A DNA stretch of 63,760 nucleotides, filler included, from Sluysia triapertura (lineage: Eukaryota): assembly GCA_046118255.1 (NCBI GenBank). It is 5 parts of 5 records of this genome, joined end to end, with 100 filler letters (N's around TTAATTAATTAA, not from the genome) between each part and the next. Parts side by side here need not be neighbours in the genome. Positions count along the whole stretch, not along the records: positions 13,293 to 25,825 come from JBJNIA010100991.1; 4 more parts are not named here. The stretch is one strand, 5' to 3'. Numbering within the stretch: the stretch's first letter is position 1; each line of letters starts with the position of its first letter. The translations under genes were made by a program, and so were the position numbers. The notes beneath the pieces are model-generated. The model worked only from the letters and a program-made list of their open reading frames with translations, was not told the origin of the DNA and did no database searches. This document shows positions 13,293 through 25,825 of this stretch, one piece after another.

Positions 13293-13904
13293 GTAATTTT
13301 TAACACTTTTTTAATTGATTGTTCACCGATTTTTCTTTTGATTGCTAATTAGTACTTATTAATTCGTACTTATTCAAAAGTTAAATTGTTTTTATTTAGT
13401 TAACTTTTTAAACTTTTTTAATGAAATTTTTGAGACAAAATTTTAAAAGAGAAAAGACGAATAAAAATAGTTGTAAACCTCTAATATTTGATAAATTAAA
13501 ACCCTCCACAATGACCATTCAAATAACAATACTCTTGGTACTCACGCTGATCACTACATTATTCAATCTCTATTGACTGTTTGGATAACGATATGTTTAA
13601 TACTCACATGGAAACCTCAAAAATATTTTAAAATAAATTATATTACATTTAATTAATTATAATTATATTATAGAAATTAAATTCACTAAATGTAAAAATG
13701 TGAAATAAATAATATTTTCATATATTTTGTTATAATGTTTAAAATGATGATTATTTACGTATCCTTTTTTTCATATAGTATATAATTGAAATTTTTTAAG
13801 AAACATATTTTGTTTCCATAAAATTTTTATTTGAGATATTTTTAATCGAATGTTTTATGTCTTTAAATATTTTTTATAAAATTTTTTGAAATTGTTTTTA
13901 TATT

Positions 13905-15883
13905 ATGGCGTCGTTATCTTACGAAGAAGTTGTATCATTTTTGGATTCCTTTCATTCAAATAATAGAGGTGTGATTCAGAATTTATACGTACGATTGGAA
14001 AAACTTTCTAATAATTCAGAATTTGTTAAATTTTTAATGCAATCAATGTTAGATGAGAATCTGTCACAAAGTTGTAGAATATCTGGAGCAATACAATTAA
14101 AAAATATTATTGATAAACAGTGGGGAAAAGACATGTTAATTAATAATGAAGATCGAAGTTTTATTCGAAATTCATTATTGAATTGTATTTTTTCTGAGCA
14201 AGATAAGCAATCAAAATATTACTCAATTGTGTCAGACATTGTTAATAAAATAGCTCGTTCTGATTGGGACACCAAATGGTCAGATTTATTTATTAAGTTA
14301 TATTCTAACGATGAATGGATAACTATTTATCGTGTTTGCCAAGGACAATCCAGTAGAAGAGTTGGGCAAGGAGCAATTTTATTTAGAAATTTGGGAAAGT
14401 CATTAACGAAAGAAATTGCATCAAGATGGATTCAATTTCAGTCATTCATTAATACACTATCATACAATGATTTAAAAAATGAGTTACTTATGTTTTCATA
14501 TCAATTAAAAACAGTTATCTTATTTTTAAGATATAGTTATTTGATAGAATCTCAAGATTCTGATTTCTGCCCTTCGGTTTGCAGTATAATTGCTTCAATA
14601 TTTGCTAATATGACTTTATATTTGGATACATATTTTTCTTCTTATTCAAAAGAATTATACAAATTAACTAAATCTATGATGTTATTTATTATATACTCTA
14701 TTAATAAATTACCTTTATATTTCAAAGAACAAAATTTAAATTGTCATTCATATATTATAACAGTTTTCATGAAAATAAAAGAATTGGAAGTATCTGATAA
14801 ACTTGTGATTTTACACTTAAACTTTTCAAATATGTGTTTATCTTTATTAGATATCAATCAAAAAACATATGTTTACAGTTTTGATTCTATAAGTACTTTA
14901 CAACAATTTTTACTAAAGTTATCAAATAAACAAATATTCATTGATGCTGAGAATTACTTTCTTGAAACTGGTAAATCAATAGAGGATTCTATTCTTTATG
15001 ACTTTGAAACATTAAGTGAAGAATTTTTATGCAAAATTATAGAAAGAAAGTTAACTGAGTCTCTAGAGTCGTTGTTAAATTATATTAGAGTAAATTTTAT
15101 ATTTATTTTTTAAATATTCTAGAATAATGCTGATAAAACATCAAAAATGGCGTGGGAAGAGCTTGAAGCATTTATTCATTTTTTGGGATTTTGTATAGAG
15201 AAAATACCAGAAGACAGTTACAAACAATATCCAAAATATTATAAATATTTAAATTGTCCTTTGATTGTCAATGTAATTACTGATGAAATACAAAAACAAA
15301 ATATGCAAGACATAAATAAAAATTGTTTTGAGCTGATTATTAAGCGATGCATATGGCTATTAGGAAGATGGGTAGTAAATGAAAAAAGGTAATTTTTATG
15401 TTTTATTGTTTTTGTCAAATATAAATTGAGAAAAATTAATTTTCTAGTTAAAGTAAGCTGTATTTTTTTAAAAATGTGTAACATATTGCGTGATTTTAGC
15501 TGTACTTCCAAAGAAAGAATAACTGAAGCTTCTCAATGGTGTTTTCAAGTCATGTCATCTTATCCAAGTTCTATAAGAATCAAAGTTGAAGTGGCATTAT
15601 TCATTGATCGTGTTGTAAATAGTTTGTTGAACACAAGTTCCGATTTTACGGATTGTAAATCTTTACATGAATCATTTATTAATCCAGCTACCAATGCTAT
15701 AGTTTCCATAATTGATGTTAATATTATTTTAATATTATTATTATTTTCAGTCAACAACAAATTGTGATAGTCACAGGAAGTTAATAGATATATTGAAAGA
15801 ATTATTGCATATGACAAATATGTGGAATAATTTAGAGTTGGTAAAAAAGTGTGTTAATTCAATATATAGTATATGGATTGGAA
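13905..15883 (+). CDS. IPO11: Importin-11 (Kap120)-like karyopherin, 5' part; exons ~13905-15089, 15123-15388, ~15431/15458-15716, 15751-15883
   Basis: IBN_N motif RISGAIQLKNIIDKQW, IARSDW.KW.DLF, SSRR, KRCIWLLGRW. GT-AG introns 15090-15122 (33 nt) and 15717-15750 (34 nt) join the ORFs in frame; the intron 2 acceptor is ambiguous; GTAAGT donor at 15884. C-terminal exons not found. Confidence 0.75.
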
Positions 15884-15984
15884 GTAAGTACATAATACTG
15901 AATATTCAAGATAGAAATTACTTAGTAGTTATCATATATTATCTCAATTTTTTAATACATTCAGTCATTTAACTTATTTTTGTG

Positions 15985-16400
15985 ATTCCAATAATGGTTG
16001 CCAATAAAAGCAAGAATAGAATTTAAAATCATGACAATAATTTACAAATGCTTACATTACGGAAGTGCTGAATATCTTTTAGAAATAATACGAAAATTGG
16101 AAACCAAGATGAATATTTCATTGAGACATAATAATAATCTATACAGAATTCACAGTGATAACAAGCTAGGTGATAGGTTGTATACTGTTTATGTCTCAAA
16201 AATATACAACCAGTTACCGGAGAATGTCAAATTGCTGAAAGATTATGAAATATCTAAGAAAAAAGCAGAGTTCTTTCTGTTTCAGAAATATTATGGTGAA
16301 TGATTTACCTTAAGCGCTTTTGAGTATTTTCGCAGTAGATAAGAGCGTAATATAAATTAATATATTATATTATTATATTATATAAATTAATATTAATATT
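15985..16400 (+). mobile_element. L2/CR1-clade LINE, 5'-truncated 3' end
   Basis: ORF2 C-terminus WLPIKARIEFKI...GDR...YNQLP...KKK...LF; 3' UTR stem-loop AGCGCTTTTGAG...AAGAGCG-TAATATAAAT followed by an AT-rich tail. Confidence 0.8.
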
Positions 16401-17888
16401 ACAATATTTACAAATTAAATTACACATTTAATAAAACATAATTTACAACTATAACAGATTGCTTCACGTTTAATAAATTCCATTACATTTAATTTCGAAT
16501 TATTTCAAAAATTAATAGCAGCCGTCATTTATGATTCTGTGACTTATAATTACTGTTTCTCTTGGTATTTTCTGAGAATGTTTATCTTCCCCATTACTAA
16601 TCTCAGAAAATTAGAACCAATGCTTAAAAGACAAACAACCTTGGCTCAAAACATCTTAACAGACTTCTACACGTGAGTTATGCATATATTCGAAAGTTTT
16701 CATGCGAAACTTAAGTCCTAAAACTAGACGTGACGATCTGGAAAGTTGGTGATCAAAATAAACACCTTCACGTAATGCTGAACTGTAATATATCAGTTTT
16801 AATCAGTTTCCATGTTGAACATTGGAAAGAACTCCGTGTTGTCGTTTCTTACTTGCGATGAGGCATCAGAGTCCATCGGATTTTCTTCCACCGGGATTTG
16901 TTCAATTTTGGAGTTGCATATTCCTAGAAAAAATATACAAAAAAAACTGTTTGTGATCTGGATATATGATGGGTTTTACAATATGAAACGTTAAAGTAAA
17001 TATGAGATCGCCTGTGACCTTAAGACTTACGCACTTAAGGCCTTATTCACAGGATTTGTACAATTTATAATAAAATTTATTAATTACTTTTATAATGATA
17101 ACTTCGTTTTAAAATGAAGTGAAATAAAATGATTTTACTCTTTTTATTAAATAGGAGACGAAAAATGATAAAAAACATTAAAATCCTAAGATTTTAACTC
17201 CGTATTAAAATGAAGTGAAAAGACCGTATGATTTTGTTGGATTAAAAATAAAATTCTCAACTTGTCTGAATTAATATTTTGAATCAAATGTAATACAATC
17301 CTTTTAAATGGCATAAGGATAAATAATCAGAATAAGAATTTTAGATTTTTGAAGTGATTAACTTTAAATATTGTGATTTAAAATTTTTGAAAGTTATTTT
17401 TCGACGCTTTAAAATTTTGAAAAGATATTAACTGTGATTTTAAGCACCGTTAAATGGTTTAAAAACATACAAATGAAATTAATGATAATATTTAAAAATT
17501 TTCTGGAAATTGTATTTCATTCCATTTTTTGCTGCGCGGTTATTATGTAGCTTGATAGTTGTTTGTCAGCGATATCGATTAGATTATTTGAAAAAATTCT
17601 CTAATTTTTCTGACGTTGGTCGAACAGAGGTTTTAAAATTTTAAATCTGGTTCCTTTTTTGTGTCCTATTCCAATATTTGCTTGCTCTATATACTATATT
17701 TTTGTTTCAAAATAGCAGCTATTTAAGTATTAATTTAATAACATTTTACTTCAAAATAAATCTGATTGATTTAATTACCACATTTTACTTACTTTATTAA
17801 AAGTTTAATTATTGATATTGAAGTTTTTCTAATTTTTTTACACCTACAGGTGTTTTTTCACAAATAATTTTAATTTACAACAATTTTA

Positions 17889-17946
<58 letters not shown>

Positions 17947-18279
17947 GTCAGTTTCACTTCAGTTTTTATGTTACTGATATTGATGATATTATTATTTGAC
18001 ATAACTTCCTTTTCAGTAAAATTAGTTCTTAATTTAGGATAGGGATATGAATATTAATATCACTAAAATAAATGAGAACTATAAAATTATAGAATGTACA
18101 ACTATTGCTTATAAATAAAATGTAAATAAAAATCACAAATCGTCATTTATGCACGGTAAATATTCTTCTCGTTCAGCGGTAGCAATCCTTAACGTCAGTT
18201 TCGTCTAGAACTACGTTTGGATATGTAGAAAAATCAGCATACCGTGGCTTCTTTTAGTATTGGAATAGAAAAGGTTGAT

Positions 18280-20137
18280 GCTTACGTTTTTTGCTTTACT
18301 GATTTATTTTTTATTTTTTTAATATATATCTTTTGTGAGTCTTCTGACACTGGACTTATTCACTGAAGGGCCAGCGCATACATGTCAGCGTCGAAAGAAA
18401 GAATGGAGAGTTGGATAGTATGGATTTTTGTTTATAAATTTGATGTACCACTTTTATTTATGATCAGAAATGAACTGAATGCTTTGAATATTTAATGTAT
18501 TCTCCTTATTACAAGTAGAAGGCTTTTTAGTTCCTTACAATAAGAATGAACAGCTGTAATACAATTATTTATTATTAGGAATATAATACACAAAATATAT
18601 GATATCAGCAAAATTCAATGAAATATAGTCATACACAAAAATATTACACCTATTTATGAATAAAAACTAATGAATTATACGATATGAATCAAATTCGATA
18701 CACAATAATATTAAACGTTAATAAATTATATAATAAAATTTTTACTCATCACACGTACTATATAAATTGTAGTCAGAATTTTATAACGAAAGCTTATTAA
18801 TAATATTAATTTGTAATTAATATCTCATGTAATAATAATGTTATAAAAGGAATTATATCGCAAATAAAATTTACAAAGATTTTTTTAGTTTAATTTTAAG
18901 TGTTATTTATTTTTTAAAATTATCTTAAAAAATATAAAACTAACGGTTTCAAATGAATCATTTCTCAAACAAGCAATCAATCTATTTATCAATCAATTAG
19001 TATTTATTCTCTCTAATTTGAACGAGGAGACAAAATTGAATAAAATTACAGGGTATTCGATTAATTTTTTCCCAATAATAAATTTCTAATCAATATCTTA
19101 TTTTAAATTCAACGATTTAAACAATATAAAATAATATATGTAGCTAAGCAGTAAGTATTTTAGTATTAAGAGAGTAAACAAAATTTTCAACATATTTATA
19201 GTATTTATCGCTGTAAGCAAATAAACAAATGATAGTTTACCTTGGCTTCAGTATTGTTTTTAAATAATGATATTTTTTAGATAATGATAATAATAAATAA
19301 TAATTTCGATTTAATAATAATAATTCCAATTTCATTTTAATAATTTAATTTAATAAAGATTTTAATTATTATTTAAATATTTAAAGATTATTATTTATTA
19401 TTTAAAATTTTAAAGATCTATCATAGTAATTAAATAATTAAATTTAATTAGCTAACACGTAAGTGGCATATAAAAGATAATTAATCGTATAACAATTAGA
19501 ATCGTTGACAATTTTTTAAACTACTTGGAGGTCAAAGTACGAAAAAGATTTTAATTCAAATTTGGCAATTTAAGATATAAAATTACAACAATTTTTTAAA
19601 AGACTGAATGAAAAAATCTTTTAATTAATATTTTAAGTGTAATTCTCAACAAGTTTAAACTTTGATAATCTTATAACAAATTCAACTAACGATCATTATA
19701 TAAGACTAATCGTTGGAAATCCTTGTAAAAACTAATTCTAATAACATCGCAATCCTTCTTCGATAAACAATATTGAAATCGTAGACAGAAAATCTTTCTA
19801 ATCAAATTTTTATTAATCAATATTTATAATTAAATTCTTACTAATGATTTTGTCTTTAAGTGTTTATGAATTTTATATTCATTTGTCAATGTATATAAAC
19901 AATTAATTATTATTATTATTATTATAAATTATTATTATTATATTATTGTTTCATTTACAAATAAATTGTTAGTTAATTTTTTTAATAAAAATTTTTAAAT
20001 AATAACAAATGTTACTTAATAAACTAAAATTTAAACTAAAATGTTAAATTATAAAATGTTAATATATAAATAAATAAAATTCAAGTTGTTAATATAAATA
20101 AAATACAAATCAATGAGATGAGAGAATGAACTTGACA
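18280..20137 (-). repeat. Degenerate gypsy-family LTR (copy B)
   Basis: Starts with TGT after a purine-rich tract (TAGGGAAAA); 18780-18945 aligns with 21730-22010; conserved motif at 18335-18400 matches 21303-21370. Boundaries approximate. Confidence 0.55.
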
Positions 20138-20199
20138 TAATTTTCCCTAATTTTAACAATAATTATAATAAATGTTCACCGCATAAGTTAATAATATCA

Positions 20200-20496
20200 A
20201 TGCAATCAAACACTCGTCTTCATTTAAATCACCACCCAGAGCGCCATAAATCACATCATCGAAATCGCTGTCATCTATCGAATTGGGTAGAGATTCTTCT
20301 TGACCTTATTCTGGTTCATCCTGATCGTCAAAATTCACAGACGAGATTCAATGTTATGCCTTTTCATAATTGTCTTTAATTGCCATTCTTTTATTTTTAT
20401 GTTGTATGTCTGATATATTTTGTGCCTCAAATGATCATGTAGAAAAGTTGAAAATATTACCGCTATTATTTGTGCAGCATGTTTTTTGTACAGTAC

Positions 20497-20556
<60 letters not shown>

Positions 20557-21020
20557 GGTTTAGAGATAGATTTCTCAAAATTATTAATTGTGATGATCTC
20601 TCGACTAACTGTGGCAAGAATGATGTGTCCCTTTCATTAAGTATATCAAAAAGCGACACCATGTTCTTCACTAGTTGGTCACAAGAGACGCGTGGTGGAA
20701 AATGTGAGATAATCAAAAGATTTGTACAAGTGAGGTTAACGATGCCTCACAGCCATCCGTATGGTACGTGGTGTCCGGAAAAAATGCCACTAGGATTTTA
20801 TCATACAGAGCTGACATCCAAAAATGTCGAATTTCAGATAAATCCTTTGCTTCTTTTAGGTTTTCTTCTTTTAACCCATGTTCTCCCGTAATAAAGTTTT
20901 TTATTCTTATCCTTGGACGTATAATTTTATCCGAGTGAAAGAGTTTAGGGTATGGTATCAAAACATGCTCGGATAATTTCATGTTTATCATTAAAGTCAA
21001 GGGCCAGCTAAACTATCTAA
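20200..21020 (-). pseudogene. Retrotransposon 3' accessory ORF remnant (DnaQ/DEDD-like domain plus acidic tail), copy 1
   Basis: PYPKLFHSD..RPRIRIKNFITGEHGLKEENLKEAKDLSEIR..YDKILV, then HFPPRVSC..VSLFDIL; frameshifted and interrupted by (AAT)n; paralogous to 22500-23300 and 34150-34540. Confidence 0.65.
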
Positions 21021-21255
21021 GATGGATATGTGTGAAGTATGCGTGAAAGTCACGCATTCCTGCCATTTATAGATGTTATCAGTGTCTGTTTCGTATTGTA
21101 GTGGGAATTGAGAAAAATCAAGGGGATTGTCGTGCGAAGGTAACAGGTAGTTCTTGAATTCCTATTTGGATCTTACAGTTACTAGATAATTTTTTTATAT
21201 ATTATGAGGTAAATCCCTGCAATCAAAGAAATTGGTCCATGAAGATAGATACTTT

Positions 21256-22434
21256 TGTGAGAATTTTGCTTTAAAAATATATTTTATGTTAATATATCTT
21301 AAGTGAGTCCTCTATGACACTGGGATTACGCACTCAAGGGCCAGCGCACAGATGTCAGTGTCGAAAGAAATGAATAAGGAAAAACTGGAGGTAATATGTT
21401 ATAATAGTTAATCGTCAGATTTTATTTAAGATCTAAAATGATCTACTTGATTTTATTATTTTCTTTGTTAGCATAAAGAAAATTATAACTATACACTTTG
21501 CCAATGAAATACCATGTTAAAATTGGGCAGATTACAATTACTCAAATGCAACTATTTATTAATAAATTTGAGACAAAAATATGCAATATTTTTAGGACAG
21601 GATGCAACTATGAATTTAAGACAAAAAAATACACAATATTCAAAAGTTCAAATAATTATTTAATAAAAATATAATCATACAAAATGTTTAAAAACAATAA
21701 TCAATGTTACCCATAAATATAAGTTTAATACAAAAATGATTTATTAATAATATTAATCTTTTAATTAATATTGTATCTAGGAATATTATGAGATGATATT
21801 ATGTAGTAAATAAAATTTACAAATATTTTAATTTGATTTTATGTTGTAGTAAAAGGTCTAAAGTGCCATTTGGTAAAATTGTTAGACGAGGCTGATAGCT
21901 CAGTGGTAGAGCATCGAATTGCGTAGCGAGAGGTCTCGGGTTTAACATTTGCGTTAAATTTATTTTCTTGTAAAATGAAATATCTTAAAATATATGAAAC
22001 TAAAGAATTTTTAATATATGACCAGTAAATAATCAGCCAGAAAAAATAGCAGTCTAAATTAATTTAATCTAGTCAATCCACAGAGTTAATTTATAATATT
22101 TCTTAGACAATTTTTAAGATTTATAAAAAAATTATAATTTAACTTGTGTGTTTATAACAATTATTCTACTGTATTTATATTAATTTTGTTTTATGTTGAT
22201 GACAACGAAGTAACTATAAACAAACAAATAAATAATTCACATTATTTTCACAATAATAATAAAATTTTCTTAATAATAATAATTTCAATTGTCTTAATTA
22301 TTTTAATTTATTAAAATAAAATTTTATTTTATTAGTATGCACATAAAAGTTTTGATTTAATTTAATTTAATAATTCCATTTAATAATTACATAAATAATG
22401 ATTATTATTACATATTACATATAATACGCTTACA
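21256..22434 (-). repeat. Degenerate gypsy-family LTR (copy A)
   Basis: Preceded by GAGACTAATTTTCCCTGATAGGGAA (22466-22441), starts TGT, ends ...TTCTCACA like the LTR at 41242; homologous to copy B. Confidence 0.6.
21842..21947 (+). mobile_element. Internally deleted solo LTR of the tRNA-containing TRIM, nested in a gypsy LTR
   Basis: TGTTGTAGTAAAAGG...TGTTAGACGAGGCTGATAGCTCAGTGGTAGAGC...TAACA; flanks TTTA/TTTG (3 of 4 match). Confidence 0.8.
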
Positions 22435-22499
22435 TATAACTTCCCTATCAGGGAAAATTAGTCTCTAATAGATTATTATTACAAAAATTTGAATAAAAA

Positions 22500-23300
22500 G
22501 AATTAAGTATCAACAATGTTAATAACATCGTCATAGTCAAAATAATCATCATTATCTGGGTCCAAATCAATGATACTAAAGTCATCTTCACCAAAAAGTA
22601 CAGAATTGTCTTCATCTAGCCCATCCTTTTCATTCATTTCGTTGTCCACGTCATCATAGATCTTTTGTCGCCCTCAGCATTCAGCAAGTTTAATGTTATA
22701 TCTTTATGTTTTATTCCTTTATGCGGAAGATGTTGTGCAGCATGTGTATTATGCAATAAAGAACAAGATTTCGAAGTAGATGGAACCTGGATATCCAATG
22801 GTTTATTAATCATTTGCGGTAAAAATGATGCATCTTTTTGTCTAATTAAATCAAAAAGCGATACGTAATCCTGAGCTAATTTTATGCAAGTACCTCTTGG
22901 TGGAAAGCTTTAAAACTTTTCTAGCATGATTTGACGGATGAAATAATGAATATGACACTAAATTTGTGCAAATGAGATTGATAATACCTCTTAACCACCC
23001 AAAGAAAACAAGTACTTTATCATACATCGTAATTGACCAAAATTTTCTTATTTCTGCTATATCTTTCGCAGTTTTTAGATCGTCATCCTGCAATCCATGC
23101 TCCATTGTAAGAAAGTTCTTATTTCTCATTCTTGGTTTTATAAGTTCGTCAGAATGGAACAGTTTATGATATGGTGTAAAACAAGTTCGGATAATTTGAT
23201 GTTTGTCCGAGAAATCTAAAGCTAAATGGATTGCTACAAAAATTAGATTATTTTTATCATCTATATCCTCATGTGGTAAATTAGAACTTCTTGCCAATTG
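22500..23300 (-). pseudogene. Retrotransposon 3' accessory ORF remnant (DnaQ/DEDD-like plus acidic tail), copy 2
   Basis: ORF 22851-23297 (LIFVAIHLALD..TCFTPYHKLFHS..TMEHGLQDDDLKTAKDIAEIR..YDKVLVF), continuing after frameshifts into FPPRGTC..VSLFDLI and a D/E-rich tail just before the PPT. Confidence 0.7.
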
Positions 23301-23499
23301 TATAAGTTATCAACATCTGATTCAACAATGGAAAACTTGTTAAATCTAGTGTCAATTGAAAATGTTTGTTAAGAAAATTTCGTTTCATATCAGTATATTT
23401 TGTCAAGTTTGATGAATAAAGTATAACCATTGTTATTAATTGAATAAATAATAATATTCAGGTTATTATATAGAGAAATTTATTCTGAATCCCTCTTAC

Positions 23500-24980
23500 G
23501 AACATTATACTACTGCTTCTATCCTTGCCATTGTATGTTTCTACACCAGATGTATTTGATTGCGAAGTTGGAAAAATAGTAGTGTCCTACCAATGGAGAT
23601 TTTCCCAGTTTGGGGTTGGTCTTGTGGTCTTGACGGATTTAATGGAGAAATTTGATAATTCTGTTGAGGTGCTAACGGAGGCATTGCTCTCGTCATTGGA
23701 AGTAAAACTAATTGCGGTAATACTATATGTGCTCCAAGTAGTATTTTGAGAAATCCTGATCTTCCATGTGCTACACATTTTCTTACTTAGTACATCCATG
23801 CCTGTTATTACGTCATAGGGACATATATCTCATATTGTTACAAATATATCTACATCTAAAATTGTAATATTCCATTGAACATAATATTCTAACTATCTAC
23901 TGTAAATAATCGTATACCAACTTCTTGTAACACACTAATTTCTAAAGCGTTTAATACATTATAATTGATAAAGGATTATTTGAACAGATCTTGCTCATCT
24001 TTGATTAAATTTAATACTTTGTACTAAATGATTTTGTATATCATATTTATTGTACTTTTTGATTTATCTATCATTTGTTTAGGTGGTTTTCTCTACCTTT
24101 AATCTTTGGTTTAACTTTTAAAATACTTTTTGTTACTTTTGTCTCTTAAATTATATTCTTCTTTTGGTACTAATTTGCAACGATTTACGTGTACAACAAA
24201 AGTTTCGGCGTTCATATCATTACTTCGTATGGTCATTTGAACGGCTTATGTAAGTTTGGAGAATATCCTGTTTTAGCTATTGGATAATCTACTAATACTT
24301 TATCTCCTATTTTAAAATTACGTTCATTTACTTTTTATCACAAGTATCTTTATAAATTTCTTGTGAATATCTTATTTGTAATCCAGCAAGTTTCCACGCA
24401 CTTCGTAAGTTAAAGGTTTATGATCGGTACATAAAAATACTCTTTATCCTAGTAGAAAATGTATAAACAATTTGTATGTATACACTATTGCTAGACTATT
24501 GTAGAATAGTTCGTTTCTGCTTTATTTAATCTTTTACTTGCATATGCTATTACCCTTTCTAAATTTTCTTAATTTCTTTGTCGTACTATTGCTCCTATTG
24601 CAAAATTTCTGGCATTAGTTGTTATTTCTTCTCTTTGTTTTCTCTTTTTCCTTAGAGCATTTAATTGAGATGATATAAGAGAAATTTAGCTAAGAAAGGA
24701 AAACATCCAAGTATTAATTTCCAATTAAAACCTACTACTGATAATATTTGAGATATTATAAGAGCAATGACCTTAATTATTACATATAAACCTATTAATC
24801 CTGAAAATGCTTGTCCTATTACTAAGAAAATTCCCATATATGTTTTAAAGTATTATGTGCCGCTTTCTTAAACTGGTCGGGTCCCAGTAGTAATTCGAAA
24901 TTCACCTTACCATCTTTTTCTACAAATGCTTTACCAACTTTATCTGTAAGTACTTTTGGCCTTTTAATAGGAAATAATAT
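23500..24980 (-). mobile_element. Internally deleted sister copy of the env-gypsy element: glycoprotein C-terminus, RNase H, integrase tail, second protease
   Basis: Reverse-complement translation gives ILFPIKRPKVLTD..NFELLLGPDQFKKAA..GQAFSGLIG (matches 57126-57330), TTNARNFAIGAI..IAYASKRLNKAETNYST, FVVHVNRCKLVPKEEYNLR and CPYDVITGMDVL, in the same order as the plus-strand element. Confidence 0.85.
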
Positions 24981-24987
24981 TCATGCC

Positions 24988-25320
24988 TGTAGGGAATTCA
25001 TCACATCAAATCCATTATAATTCACCACATAAAATTTATGGAAACTCATCACGTAAAATTCATCACAATTCATCACATAGAAACACTCCACATATACACA
25101 AACTATTAAACAAACTATTAAACTCATTTAAAAGTAAACACGACCATCCCATCTAACTATCATGGACTGTCGCTATTGTTATTACGATTCATATCAGCTT
25201 AAAATATGTGCAACAATTATAACCATTATTGTTATATAATAAATATCAAATAATAACTTTTATAATAACTTTAATAATAATTTGTATGACAAAACTTCAT
25301 AATAAATTTCAACAATCCTG
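24988..25320 (+). repeat. Dispersed LTR-like repeat, family 2 (TGTAGGGAATTCATCACA...)
   Basis: Aligns over ~280 bp with 36633-36915; both start TG; internal TTCATCACA repeats. Confidence 0.7.
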
Positions 25321-25409
25321 TATTAATGAACATAATAATCACATAAATGTTATCATTATTATTGTTATTTTCTTTTTTATCCTTATTATTAATCTATCTC
25401 TCTGTTTGT

Positions 25410-25825
25410 TTTAATTTTTCTTTTATACTTTATCCAGAACTTTTTGCCAACACAAATTTAGAACATGTACTTTTAGTTCTATTCTTTATTATGATACTTT
25501 GTTTGTGTTTTGATAATCAATTGGCTTTGTTTGACTGTATTGTTATTGGATTGATGGACGACATAACACAAATACTAAAATGGAGTTGTATTAGACAATC
25601 GATTTTTGTAACAATTCATATATTGTGCTTCATTGCGTCGTTATTATTCATCACAGAGACGGGTTTCTATTGGTTTGTTTTGTATCAAAAATTTTGTGTC
25701 AGTATTCAATTAATAATTGTCGTATTTTTAGAATCGATTTTGATTAGTCATGTTTATGGTTTCGAAAATTATGACTGTGATATTCGATTAATGAATGGTG
25801 AAACTATTTATGTGTTTTGGAAATA
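25410..25825 (+). CDS. SLC6 / sodium:neurotransmitter symporter family transporter, partial (about TM8-TM11)
   Basis: FSFILYPE..VLFFIMILCLCFDNQ..LFITETGFYW..FLESILISHVYGFENYDCDIRLMNG..YVFWK matches the SLC6 pattern AFIAYPE..LFFLML..LGLDSQ..GG.Y..E...I.W.YG..F..DI..M.G..FW; truncated by a gap. Confidence 0.75.

Noticed and set aside
20435-20716. Poly-Tyr protein (also the poly-Leu ORF at 49957-50157)
   Set aside because: Translation of (AAT)n microsatellites.
21310-21370. Hammerhead ribozyme (stem closed by GAAA)
   Set aside because: No CTGANGA core in either copy, and the element's sense strand is the opposite one.
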